In this document: one piece after another, positions 50,410 through 59,800 of the stretch
Position numbering within the stretch: the stretch's first letter is position 1
How the letters are laid out: every line of letters begins with the position of its first letter
IMG/VR virus record: IMGVR_UViG_3300036781_000821
Location: 1 to 64,000 of that record
DNA from: a virus
Strand: one strand, 5' to 3'
Length of the DNA: 64,000 bases
Notes under the pieces: generated by a model
The model's database searches: none
What the model saw: the letters and a program-made list of their open reading frames with translations, nothing else
What the model was told of the DNA's origin: nothing
Position numbers and translations under genes: made by a program

Positions 50410-51492
50410 ATGCAGCAGGTTTTCAACACGCGTAACTATAGCGTTCGAGATTTTGAAGAATGGCAGCAACGCGACGAGCTTGTACTACAGCCCAAATTCC
50501 AACGCCGCGAGGTATGGAGCGAAAAGGCTCGCTCCTATTTGATCGACACGATCATCCGAGGAAAGCCCATACCCAAGGTCTATATGCGGCAGGATGTCAA
50601 TCCCAAGACCCGCCGCGTATTGCGCGAAATCGTCGATGGGCAACAGCGACTTCATTCCGTTCTCAACTTCTTGAAGGATGGATTTAAGATCAGCCGCGCC
50701 CACAACGAAGAGTTTGGCGGAAAAACATTCAGCCAACTGAACGAGGACGCGCAACGCGACATCCTCAAATACGAGTTCGCCGTTGACCTCCTTCAGGACA
50801 TGCCGGACAACGAGATTTACAATATCTTTGCGCGGATCAACACCTATTCCGAGAAGCTGAAGGATCAAGAATTACGCAATTCAAAGTGGTACGGCTTCTT
50901 CAAGTCTTCCGTTTATTTGCTCGCCGAAGAGTTCACCACATTCTTTGTAGAAAACAAGCTCTTCACCGCGAAAACGATCCTCCGCATGGCCGAGGCCGAA
51001 TTCATATCGGATCTTCTCCTGTCGATGCACGAGGGAATCGTCGCGCGGTCCAAGATGGTGCTCGACAACGCATACAAAAAATACGATGATGATTTCCCGT
51101 CTCGCAAAACCTACGAAAAAAGGTTCCGTGAGACCATTGACATCATCAAGGCCATCCACGGTGATGACCTCGGGGAATCCGAATTTCGAGCGCAGCGGCT
51201 TTTCTATCCGATGTTCTGCTCGATTTACCACCTCAAGTACGGCCTTCCCAATTTCACGCTTCCCCGAAAGACGATCAAGGTATCGGACTACCCCAAGATG
51301 AAGACCGCCCTTGAGTCGGTCGATACGCTACTGGAAGAGATCAAAGAATCTCACACCAACCCGGCTGCGCTCGCTCTTTCGGATGTTGACAGCAAGTTCT
51401 ACGACTCAATAACAGTGCACTTCGTCCACGCGGACAAGCGCGTAATTTCCACGACCTACATTTGCCGAAAACTCGCCAAGGTATTGAGCTAA
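50410..51492 (+). CDS. DUF262 (ParB/Srx-fold, GmrS-like) protein without DUF1524
   Basis: LQPKFQRREVWS, IVDGQQRL, IFARIN, QELRN. Confidence 0.9.
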   Translation: MQQVFNTRNYSVRDFEEWQQRDELVLQPKFQRREVWSEKARSYLIDTIIRGKPIPKVYMRQDVNPKTRRVLREIVDGQQRLHSVLNFLKDGFKISRAHNEEFGGKTFSQLNEDAQRDILKYEFAVDLLQDMPDNEIYNIFARINTYSEKLKDQELRNSKWYGFFKSSVYLLAEEFTTFFVENKLFTAKTILRMAEAEFISDLLLSMHEGIVARSKMVLDNAYKKYDDDFPSRKTYEKRFRETIDIIKAIHGDDLGESEFRAQRLFYPMFCSIYHLKYGLPNFTLPRKTIKVSDYPKMKTALESVDTLLEEIKESHTNPAALALSDVDSKFYDSITVHFVHADKRVISTTYICRKLAKVLS

Positions 51493-51498
51493 AAGTTT

Positions 51499-52140
51499 AT
51501 GCCTGCACCCCGCCTTCACTCAGCGCTAGTTTCGTTTTCCCGCTCCGTAGAAGAAGCACGGGACTTGGCTGATGACGCTCACCGATGGTCCACGCCCCCG
51601 CGCCCAGGCGCACGCTCCCAAATCACAATCCAACGGCGCAACACACTTACCGAGATGGCCTTTTTGAGAGCCTTCACAAGTTGGGAAAGCTTTTTAGAAG
51701 ATACATTCCTTCTTTATTTGTTGGGTCATAAACCACCAAAGGGAGCGCCTCCCCGCCGTTATGGGTTTCCTCAAACCCCGGATGCGGCGGCAGAATGGTG
51801 TACCGATGGTAAGCCATATGCCAAATGGCACGTGAACGACGTGCAGCGCAGGGCGAACCGATGGTTCAAAGATGGAAAGCCGTTCACTCCCGCGCTCCAA
51901 AGCCAGCAATCCCGACTGATGCAGCTCGTTAGCATTCGCAACGCGATTGCCCATGAATCCGACAGCGCCAAAGGTAAATTTGAAAACGTCGTTCGCACTG
52001 AACTTGGGGCCGTGCCGCCGAACACGACGGTGGGTTCATTCTTGATGACGACCAAACCGAACACAACGCCTCCGATTTCGTTTCTGGAATTTTATGTCAG
52101 CGAGATTCTCCGGGCCGCTCAGAACATTGTCCCGAGATGA
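51499..52140 (+). CDS. HEPN-domain putative RNase
   Basis: AFLRAFTSWESFLED and IRNAIAH (RxxxxH). Confidence 0.78.
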   Translation: MPAPRLHSALVSFSRSVEEARDLADDAHRWSTPPRPGARSQITIQRRNTLTEMAFLRAFTSWESFLEDTFLLYLLGHKPPKGAPPRRYGFPQTPDAAAEWCTDGKPYAKWHVNDVQRRANRWFKDGKPFTPALQSQQSRLMQLVSIRNAIAHESDSAKGKFENVVRTELGAVPPNTTVGSFLMTTKPNTTPPISFLEFYVSEILRAAQNIVPR

Positions 52141-52214
52141 CGGAGGAAGGATTCGAACCTTCCTTACTGCGGGATTCGCACCCCATGTCAGCTTCCCTCG
52201 CCAGAGGCACCGTC
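52138..52214 (-). ncRNA. tRNA-like structured RNA lacking a canonical anticodon arm
   Basis: GACGGTG/CTCCGTC acceptor-like stem, GAAGG-TTCGAAT-CCTTC T-arm, GGGGT-GCGA-ATCCC hairpin. Confidence 0.5.
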
Positions 52215-52663
52215 AAAACTGTTTCGTCCGCACCTTCAAAGGCGTAATCCACGTCGTAAGGGAAGGCAGACGCTTCGTTCATGGAAGGACACGCCATTCC
52301 AATCTTTGAACACGAGAATCGAGCGTTATTACCCAACCGACTCCCGCATACAGCCAGCAGCCAATTTGAAACGCGCCAATCATAGCCAGCGCGAAGAAGC
52401 ACGCCAGAGCCACATCGACCCACACACTTTCCTTCTCAGACTTCCTACTCATTCCATTCCTTCTGTTTTGGTCGACTAACACATATCCGCCACGCGCACC
52501 CGTTTGTGCGCTGGCGGTTCCGGCATCTTCAACCGTAGATGCGGAAAGCTGGGGTTAAGGCTTGGCGTTGCTGGAATGCGCCTCATCAAAATGTGAAAGC
52601 TGCAAATCGCCGTCACCAGCCCGAAGATCAGCAGCCAGTACACCATTGCCCAATGTCGGAGCG

Positions 52664-53080
52664 TCATTTCAACATCTCCTCCACAGCGCCTAATGCTTTC
52701 ACGGTTTCTTTAAGCGCGTGTCCACATGTGATGCACTCACTGAGCTTCGTTTTTCCCTCGTGTTCCGCGACCCGAGCGAGCAGATAACGCACTTCTTCTA
52801 CTAACTTCTCCACCAATGGCCGCATGTTAACGCTGGAGACGATCAGGGCTGCATTTGCTTCGGCGGTGACTGCATCATCATCGTCCGCATCGGGTATGCA
52901 CCTGGCGACGAAAACTTCATTCGCGCTCTTGATCGTGTCGCTATGCTGAGTCCACGGAAGTGGGCTAGGCTTTTCTTTTTTCTTTGCCTGTTGCTTCCTC
53001 GCACGCGCTTTGTCCGCCGCGTCCTTCAGTTGATCGATCACATCGTAGATGTCCTCGACACATGGTTTTCCCTCATTCAT
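52664..53080 (-). CDS. Hypothetical phage protein
   Basis: PSPLPW...AEANAALIV motif common in phage early genes. Confidence 0.6.
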   Translation of the reverse strand: MNEGKPCVEDIYDVIDQLKDAADKARARKQQAKKKEKPSPLPWTQHSDTIKSANEVFVARCIPDADDDDAVTAEANAALIVSSVNMRPLVEKLVEEVRYLLARVAEHEGKTKLSECITCGHALKETVKALGAVEEMLK

Positions 53081-53379
53081 GCCTCTACCTTTCGTACAGT
53101 TTTGCCCGTCACCGGGCATTTGATGTTTTCCACTTCCCGCAACAGCCCCGCTTCCACCAGCTCGCTGATTCTTGGTTGAACCGCGCTACGGTGCTGAAAG
53201 CCCATGGCCTTCGCTATTTCCCGATCAGTGCCGCCTCCGTATCGCCGCACGTGCGCTAGGACTGCCATCGCCTTCTTGCCCAGCTTCGGCTTTTCCTCGC
53301 GGTAAGCATGTGCGCTGTTCTCATGCGTCCGGCGCACGTAGTCGTCAAACGTGAATTGCTCTGCGGCGTACACGCTCAT
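53077..53379 (-). CDS. Winged-HTH protein
   Basis: GTDREIAKAMG..VQPRISELVEAGLL. Confidence 0.7.
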   Translation of the reverse strand: MSVYAAEQFTFDDYVRRTHENSAHAYREEKPKLGKKAMAVLAHVRRYGGGTDREIAKAMGFQHRSAVQPRISELVEAGLLREVENIKCPVTGKTVRKVEA

Positions 53380-53772
53380 TCCTCCTGCTCGCTTTCCCCC
53401 AAATGAATGCTTATGACGACCGCGAACCCAGCGCACAAGCCGCCCACAAAGAAAGCTGCGCAAGCCAAGGGATAGAGGCCGCAGTGATACGAATACACGC
53501 CCACGAGGACCATTTGCAGGGTAAGTCCCAGCTCCAAAAGTAGGTGTTTCATCGTTTCGTCTTCCGGTCGACGATAAATCTGACCTTGCTCGGATCGTTC
53601 CAGTCCCGTTGACCCTTGACGACAAACTTCAGGTGACGAAGCGCGAACAACCGCGCCGCCATTGCGTCTTTGGCGGCCACGGTGAACTCGCTCTTTAGCT
53701 GAAGATTGAGCGCGAGCAGCGCGAGCCCGACACGCGAGCGAACCTTCCGTTTGCGGGACACGCGCGTGGACA

Positions 53773-54126
53773 TTATTTGCCGCCTTTGGTTTGTTGTTGA
53801 TCCTTCGGCCCATCGAGGAGAATCACGCGATCCACCACGACCGCTAGACGGCTATGACGCACCTGGTCTTGGCCGTCCCACACCTTCTTGACGAGATGGC
53901 CCTCGATGAACACACCCTTGCCCTTCTTCACGTACTTCTCGAAGATGTCGGAGGTCTTGCCCCACGCCTCGAAGTCGATGAAGTTCACGCCACGCTCGCG
54001 GGTATCCCCTTGACCCACGGTGTAGTTCACGCCGAGCGAACCCGTCGTGACCTTGCTGCTCTTGGTTGTTCTCGTTTCGGGATCGGCGGCCACGTGGCCG
54101 GCCAACTGCACTTTGTTGTAGTCCAC
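53773..54126 (-). CDS. ssb: Single-stranded DNA-binding protein 2 (no acidic tail)
   Basis: YNKVQLAGHVAADPE, AWGKT, KGKGVFIEGHL. Confidence 0.85.
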   Translation of the reverse strand: MDYNKVQLAGHVAADPETRTTKSSKVTTGSLGVNYTVGQGDTRERGVNFIDFEAWGKTSDIFEKYVKKGKGVFIEGHLVKKVWDGQDQVRHSRLAVVVDRVILLDGPKDQQQTKGGK

Positions 54127-54139
54127 TTGCTTCCTTCGG

Positions 54140-54634
54140 TTAGAGGTTGATGCCGAGTATGTACATGCCGATGAAGGCCACAATCCCGCCCACGACCTTG
54201 GCGGCTCTCACGATGCCGGGAATGAGCGCGATGGGAACGCACTCTTCGAGTGCGGGAACTTCATCCGGGCAGTACTTGGCGATTACGTAGTCGATTTGGC
54301 GAATGGCGGCATCTGCCGTCTTGCGCGAACCCATATCCCACGCATCCACTTCATTTTCTGGTTGCCAACTTAGGGAGTACCAGATTTCCTGTAGAGCATT
54401 AAGCTGCTCTGCGTCACGCAACGCAATACTAGCCTCATGTCCGTTTACATTCAAATAGAGCGCCTCTCCTATGTGGGACACTCCCTTAAGTTCGCGCATC
54501 CAACCAACGATGCAACATGAGTGAATTTGCATATGAGGAATTGGGCGCGGATTTGTCATCCATAAACACGCAGGATTCGCGTCGATCATCCCGCGCACCT
54601 GCAACAACGTTTTCTTATCAATTACTGGATTCAT
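54140..54634 (-). CDS. Hypothetical phage protein
   Basis: CCIVGW motif; C-terminal TM. Confidence 0.5.
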   Translation of the reverse strand: MNPVIDKKTLLQVRGMIDANPACLWMTNPRPIPHMQIHSCCIVGWMRELKGVSHIGEALYLNVNGHEASIALRDAEQLNALQEIWYSLSWQPENEVDAWDMGSRKTADAAIRQIDYVIAKYCPDEVPALEECVPIALIPGIVRAAKVVGGIVAFIGMYILGINL

Positions 54635-54656
54635 TGTTTTTCTTTCTGTTGGTTGT

Positions 54657-55073
54657 TTAAAACGGAATGTCATCGCCGCTTTCGTCTACGGCTCGACCTT
54701 CCTCTGGCGGCGCTTCCTCTCGCCTTGGCTCGCGTTTCTGCGAATCAGGCGACGAGAGAAATTGAACCCGATCAGCGCGAATGCGTGTGCGGCTTTTCTT
54801 TTCACCACCGGATTCCCATTGCTCGGTTTTCAGCCGCCCTTCTACCAACACGGCCCGGCCCTTGGCGAGATATTCCTTGCAAGCTTCGGCTTGACTGCCC
54901 CAGACCTCCACCTCGCCCCAATAGACCTCTTCCTTCACCCCGCCGGAATCGGTTTTATATTTGTGGTTCACTGCCAGCCCAAAATTGGACACGGCAGTTC
55001 CTTTCGGCGTGTACTTGCATTCGGGGTCGCGGGTGAGATGCCCAACGAGAATGACGCGATTGTAATTAGGCAT
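54657..55073 (-). CDS. ssb: Single-stranded DNA-binding protein 1
   Basis: YNRVILVGHLTRDPE, KGRAVLVEGRL, DDIPF tail. Confidence 0.93.
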   Translation of the reverse strand: MPNYNRVILVGHLTRDPECKYTPKGTAVSNFGLAVNHKYKTDSGGVKEEVYWGEVEVWGSQAEACKEYLAKGRAVLVEGRLKTEQWESGGEKKSRTRIRADRVQFLSSPDSQKREPRREEAPPEEGRAVDESGDDIPF

Positions 55074-55683
55074 TTTTGGCCGCGCCTTTCTTCTTGGGTT
55101 CCACACCAAGCCGTTTGGCGGTCGCGGCGTAGAGCGACGCGAAGTGGTTGAGTTCTTGCTGGCTCAGTTTGTCCTTTATCGCCGTCACCATCTTGCTGGT
55201 GTTTTCCAAGTCACCCGCGCTTTCGGAGGCAAGGAACTTCGATTCGATGTCCTCTAGCTTGTCTTTCGACACCAAGCTTGGGACTGCTCGCTTCATCGCG
55301 CCCTCAGCATCGTCGTCTTCAGTCACAACCCCGACAATCGCAGCCAGTGAATAGCGCCGTGCGTAGGTAATTGCGGAACCGACAGCTTGCGGATCAGTCT
55401 TAACCGCCGTCATCGTCAGCGTCCCGCTAATAAACTGCCCGGATTTGTGCATGAGCACCGTCTCGACGCTCACCGTACCCGGCACATCTTCGGGCGCGAA
55501 TACCTGAGACACGGCCAGATCGTTTGCCGTCAACGCTTCCCGGCAAGCATCCGTGACGCTTTCCAAATCCGCATACTTCGACTTGAAGTAGGGATTGTCC
55601 GCATCCTTCAGGGCTTTCTTCACTGCTTTCTGCGTGAGCACCAACGCCGCAGCCAACTCTCCAATGGAATCGCTTCTATTCAT
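55066..55683 (-). CDS. erf: Erf-family ssDNA annealing protein
   Basis: NPYFKSKYADL, GSAITYARRYSL..EDDDA. Confidence 0.9.
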   Translation of the reverse strand: MNRSDSIGELAAALVLTQKAVKKALKDADNPYFKSKYADLESVTDACREALTANDLAVSQVFAPEDVPGTVSVETVLMHKSGQFISGTLTMTAVKTDPQAVGSAITYARRYSLAAIVGVVTEDDDAEGAMKRAVPSLVSKDKLEDIESKFLASESAGDLENTSKMVTAIKDKLSQQELNHFASLYAATAKRLGVEPKKKGAAKNA

Positions 55684-56441
55684 TACCGCGCTCCGATTGC
55701 GAGTTTGATGTCCTCTTCGAAGAACATTCCCGGCGTTTTCAGCGTCCCTGCCTCATCCAGCTTCAGCGCGGCTTGCACCTTCGACGCGCTCAGCGTGATG
55801 TCAAACAAATCGGGACGTGCAGCGAAGGCCAGCTTCGCGTCGACAACTTGGGCCTTGTACCGCTTCCGCAATTGAGTGCCCTTGGTCTGATTGGCTTGCG
55901 CTTCCAGTTCGCGTTGCTGGCTGGCTTGAATCTCCACAGCCGCACGGACGTTCACCTTGTCGAGCTTCTTTTCCAACTTCCCGCGCTCGGCTTCCGTGAT
56001 TTGCTCGCTTTCCAGTTTCTTGCGGAGCTTTTCTTCCTCTGCGCGCGCGGCGGCGAGTGCTTCCTCACGCTTGCGCCGTTCTTCGGCCTCGACGCGCTCT
56101 TGTTCCTCGCGCTTTTGGCGCAGGAAACTCCCACAAGCATTCTGGAGGCGATTGACTTCCGCATCCACGTCCGCGGTGAAGGTTTTTGCCACGTTGTCGA
56201 TTTCCTTGCCCAGCGCGAGCAAAGGTTCCTTAAGTTCCTTCCTCGTCGCTTCCACGCTGTTGCTCAGGGCTTTTAGGTCACGCACGACTTCGACTGCGCT
56301 CTGTTGGGTTTCATCGTTGGTTACGGTCGTGATACTCGCGGCCCGAGTGGTCAACGCTTTTTTCTGGTCATCAGCTTCCTGCGTTATGGCGATTGCAGGT
56401 GCTTTGAACCCCGGCTTCATTAACATCAGTTCCTTGCTCAT
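55683..56441 (-). CDS. Coiled-coil phage protein upstream of Erf
   Basis: VEATRKELKEP coiled coil; typical recombination-module neighbour. Confidence 0.6.
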   Translation of the reverse strand: MSKELMLMKPGFKAPAIAITQEADDQKKALTTRAASITTVTNDETQQSAVEVVRDLKALSNSVEATRKELKEPLLALGKEIDNVAKTFTADVDAEVNRLQNACGSFLRQKREEQERVEAEERRKREEALAAARAEEEKLRKKLESEQITEAERGKLEKKLDKVNVRAAVEIQASQQRELEAQANQTKGTQLRKRYKAQVVDAKLAFAARPDLFDITLSASKVQAALKLDEAGTLKTPGMFFEEDIKLAIGAR

Positions 56442-56541
56442 TTCGGTCTTTCTAGTTGAGTGCTGCCAATGCGATCAATGCGCCGAGGCACACGCCTAGC
56501 AGCACCGCATTGGTGAATTTGTTTATCGTTTGCATGGCGCG

Positions 56542-56629
56542 ACCCTACCAGCCAGCAGCTCGGGGTCAAGTCTTTTTGAAAACTTTCTTTTCAAAAAGTT
56601 CTTGCCTTCTGGTCTACGCTCTGCAAACT
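56542..56629. promoter_or_regulatory. Divergent promoters with central 11-bp inverted-repeat operator
   Basis: CTTTTTGAAAA(56572)-N5-TTTTCAAAAAG(56598) between TTGACC..TAGGGT (minus) and TTGCCT..CAAACT (plus). Confidence 0.55.
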
Positions 56630-56635
56630 GAGCGC

Positions 56636-56926
56636 ATGAACGTACTCGATCAATTCGCCAACATCGCCAAGACTCACGGCGCAATCGCCGCATACAACGC
56701 TCGCAAGAGCCAACCCGAAAGAATGCCGCTTATGCTGTGCTGGCCCGTGGAGCAATGGCATTGCCAAGATTGCGGCCATAAATGGACTACGCCGCCGAAC
56801 GATCGCGCACAGGGCGAACCCGAGTGTCCCAAGTGTGCCAATCCCGAGGAACGCGACGAAGTACCCGCATCCGGCCCACGCTGGAATGATCCACTGGCCC
56901 AGAACTGGCTTGGGGAGCGCGGTTAA
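56636..56926 (+). CDS. Small zinc-ribbon protein
   Basis: CQDCGHKW..CPKC. Confidence 0.55.
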   Translation: MNVLDQFANIAKTHGAIAAYNARKSQPERMPLMLCWPVEQWHCQDCGHKWTTPPNDRAQGEPECPKCANPEERDEVPASGPRWNDPLAQNWLGERG

Positions 56927-56948
56927 ACCATAAAACGGAAGGCACAGC

Positions 56949-57848
56949 ATGACCAAGGAAGCGCTCAGCCAGATCACGGACGTTCTTTTCGAGCGTCTTT
57001 GCGAGGCGATGGAATCCGGCGCGAACGACGATGTGAAAGCCGTTCTCAAGTCAATGAGCGCGTTTCACGACTACAGCTTTGCGAATGTCTGCCTCATCCT
57101 GAGCCAGTTCCCGAAGGCTACGAAGGTCGCGGGTTTCCGCACGTGGGAGAAATTCGACCGCCACGTGGTGAAAGGATCAAAGGGAATCGGTATCCGGGTT
57201 CCCATGCGCTACAAGAAAGGCGAGGCGACCGAGGAGGAGCAAGCGACCGGAATCTTTTTCGGCGTTGGGCATGTGTTCGACATTTCCCAGACCGAGGGCG
57301 CACCACTCCCCGACTTTCACAGTGATCCGGTTAGGGGCGAACCCGCCGCATTGTTGGAGAAGTTGCGCGAGAACATCACCGCGAGCGGGATCAAGCTTGA
57401 CTACGTTGAACACCTTGCTGGAGCCGAAGGTGTTTCCAAGGGCGGCGCGATTGCGATCAAAGACGGCCACGAACGCCCGAAAGACTTCGCCGTTCTTTGC
57501 CACGAATGGGCGCACGAACTCTTGCATAGGGATGGCAACCGCCACGCGCTGACCAAGACGCAAAAGGAAACGGAGGCCGAAGCGACTGCCTACATCGTCT
57601 CCACCGCAATCGGCCTCGATCTTGGCAACAGTTCCGCGAACTACATCGCGCTTTACAACGGCGACAAAGCCACGCTCAAAGCCAGCATGGACAGGATTCA
57701 AAAAACCGCGCAGTTCATTTTGAAGGGGCTGGGTTACGGACGGCAGGAAGAACCCTACCACAGCACACGCCCCTCTTTAGCCCTCAGCCAAATAACCCCG
57801 GCGAGTTACGCCAACCCGCCACCAAAACAGAAAGAACCAGCAATATGA
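56949..57848 (+). CDS. ardC: ArdC-like ssDNA-binding + zincin metalloprotease domain protein
   Basis: FHDYSFANVCLI..VAGFRTW..RHVVKGSKGIGI, VFDISQTEG, HEWAH, ETEAE. Confidence 0.82.
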   Translation: MTKEALSQITDVLFERLCEAMESGANDDVKAVLKSMSAFHDYSFANVCLILSQFPKATKVAGFRTWEKFDRHVVKGSKGIGIRVPMRYKKGEATEEEQATGIFFGVGHVFDISQTEGAPLPDFHSDPVRGEPAALLEKLRENITASGIKLDYVEHLAGAEGVSKGGAIAIKDGHERPKDFAVLCHEWAHELLHRDGNRHALTKTQKETEAEATAYIVSTAIGLDLGNSSANYIALYNGDKATLKASMDRIQKTAQFILKGLGYGRQEEPYHSTRPSLALSQITPASYANPPPKQKEPAI

Positions 57849-59380
57849 CGACAGAACTACCCGTAAAGTCCCTCGAACCGTCCCCGACGAACCCGAGGAA
57901 AACTATCGACAAAACCACAATCGCGGAACTGGCCGAGTCCATAAAGACAAACGGCCTCCTGCAGCCGCTTCTCGTCCGGCCCCTAGGCAAGAGCAAAGAC
58001 CGCTATGAAGTAGTTTGCGGTAATCGCCGCTTGCTGGCCTTGCGGCAAACTGGCCTCGAAAAATGTCCGGTAACAGTCCGTGAGCTGACCGACGAGGAAG
58101 CCGTCGACGCGCAGCAGGTCGAGAACTTGCAGCGCGAGGACGTGCCACCGCTCGAAGAGGGAGAGGCTTTCGCCGCACTGGTGAAAAAGTACAACGTGGA
58201 AATGGTCGCGTTCAAGGTGGGCAAGACTCCGGCGTTCATTCGCCGCCGCATCATGTTGACCAGACTAACGGGCGATGCCCGGACGCTCCTGCAAAAAGGC
58301 GAGTTGCCGATCAAGTCGGCAGAGATGATCGCCGGGATCGAGGACGAGAAAGCGCGAAAGGCATTGGTCGACGGTCTCCGATGGGCTGGGAAGTCGCCCG
58401 AGGATATAGCGGGAGCTATTCGCCAGACGATTCTTCAGAAGATCAGTAAGGCCCCGTTCGACACGCGCAAGGTTTACGGATGCGCCGATGAGCAGCCGAC
58501 AACCTGCGACGTTTGCCCGTTTAACACCGCAGCCAAGAGCGGTAGTCTGTTCCCCGAATTGGCGAAGGACGCGCAATGCACAAATGGCAAATGCTTCCGG
58601 GCAAAGACCGACGCGCATTACCAGATCAAGGTTGACGAACATTTGCAGAAAGGTGGGAGCAAGTTGGGCGAGCAGGATGCGAAGAAGTGCTGGCCGCGCA
58701 ATTACTATAGCGGCGGGGACATGCCTGTCAGCGATCGCGCACCGTTCATCGAATTGAGTGTTGTGCAGCCGCTCTTCAAAAAGGCGAAGGTGGATTTGCC
58801 GAAGGATAAAGTGTTTATCGTTCGCAATCCGAGCACCCAGAAGGTTCACTACGTCGTCGCGCGGGATTTCGCTAGCAAGGTAATGCCCAAACCAAAGAAA
58901 GAGGAACCGACACGCAGCAGGGGAGAGTCTGCCGCCGCGAAGCTCAAGTACGAAATCGAAACCGCCGTGCGCGAGCAAGCGCAAGTGGCTTACGCGACGG
59001 AATTCGCAAAGCTGAAGGCGATTGACGGTAGAATCCACCGCGCACTCGCGAACATTCTTGGCGACGAAATCCATGGAAGCGATTGGGAATTGTTTGCCAA
59101 AGCTTTCGCAACCGAGACCCCTCCACAGGGCAAGGGCTACGATGCGGCGCAGAAGTGGGGCAAGAAATTCTTGGCAGGACTGGACAAGAATCAACTCCCG
59201 GCTTTCATCGTGTTGGCCATCGCCATGAAGGACTGCTATGGCGCGACACCGGAAATACGTGCATTGGCTACAGCCGCAGGAGTGGATTGCAAGAAACTCG
59301 AAGCAAACGTAACCAAACAGGTCAAGGCTCAGCTTGCGGAGCGAAAGAATGCGGAACCCGCGACCAAGGCGGCAGCATGA
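57845..59380 (+). CDS. ParB/Spo0J-family protein
   Basis: PSPTNPRK, LAESIKTNGLLQPLLVR, GNRRL, ENLQRED.PLEE; no ParA nearby. Confidence 0.88.
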   Translation: MTTELPVKSLEPSPTNPRKTIDKTTIAELAESIKTNGLLQPLLVRPLGKSKDRYEVVCGNRRLLALRQTGLEKCPVTVRELTDEEAVDAQQVENLQREDVPPLEEGEAFAALVKKYNVEMVAFKVGKTPAFIRRRIMLTRLTGDARTLLQKGELPIKSAEMIAGIEDEKARKALVDGLRWAGKSPEDIAGAIRQTILQKISKAPFDTRKVYGCADEQPTTCDVCPFNTAAKSGSLFPELAKDAQCTNGKCFRAKTDAHYQIKVDEHLQKGGSKLGEQDAKKCWPRNYYSGGDMPVSDRAPFIELSVVQPLFKKAKVDLPKDKVFIVRNPSTQKVHYVVARDFASKVMPKPKKEEPTRSRGESAAAKLKYEIETAVREQAQVAYATEFAKLKAIDGRIHRALANILGDEIHGSDWELFAKAFATETPPQGKGYDAAQKWGKKFLAGLDKNQLPAFIVLAIAMKDCYGATPEIRALATAAGVDCKKLEANVTKQVKAQLAERKNAEPATKAAA

Positions 59381-59580
59381 CCACGCCGCACCTTACCAGA
59401 TGCCGTGTTTGCCGCTGCACAGAGGAACGTGCATGTAATCCACCATGTGCATGGGAGCGCGGAGAAGAAGACCTTTGCGACTCATGCGCGAAGGTTGTTC
59501 GAGCCGTAGCAGAGTGGCTTAACACAGGCCGCAGGCCGAGCTTCGCGGCCCTAAAACGAGAGGCTCAGAAGGCCGCATAG
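59377..59580 (+). CDS. Small Cys-rich zinc-finger protein
   Basis: CRVCRCTEERAC..CAW..DLCDSC. Confidence 0.65.
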   Translation: MTTPHLTRCRVCRCTEERACNPPCAWERGEEDLCDSCAKVVRAVAEWLNTGRRPSFAALKREAQKAA

Positions 59581-59586
59581 AAATTT

Positions 59587-59702
59587 GCAGGTGCAGCAAG
59601 GTGGGTTACTGCCGCGACCGCGCTCCGAAGGCGCGGCGCGAAGTTCGGCAGGGGTTTGCGGTTTTTTTTCCCTGCTAGTCGGTTCAAATCCGGCCACCTG
59701 CA
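59587..59702 (+). ncRNA. tRNA-like structured RNA with expanded central arms
   Basis: GCAGGTG/CACCTGC acceptor stem, GTCGG-TTCAAAT-CCGGC T-arm, two internal hairpins, no anticodon loop or CCA. Confidence 0.55.
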
Positions 59703-59800
59703 TTTTCCGATTCGCGTTATTTCCGGCCTCTCACTTTTCGTTCTCGCTCCGGGCTGCTACGCAGTCCTCGCGCCGTTCGAGGCGCAGAATAACCACCGAA

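Noticed and set aside
52138-59702. Calling the two tRNA-like elements functional tRNAs
   Set aside because: No canonical 7-nt anticodon loop, no U8 and no encoded CCA.
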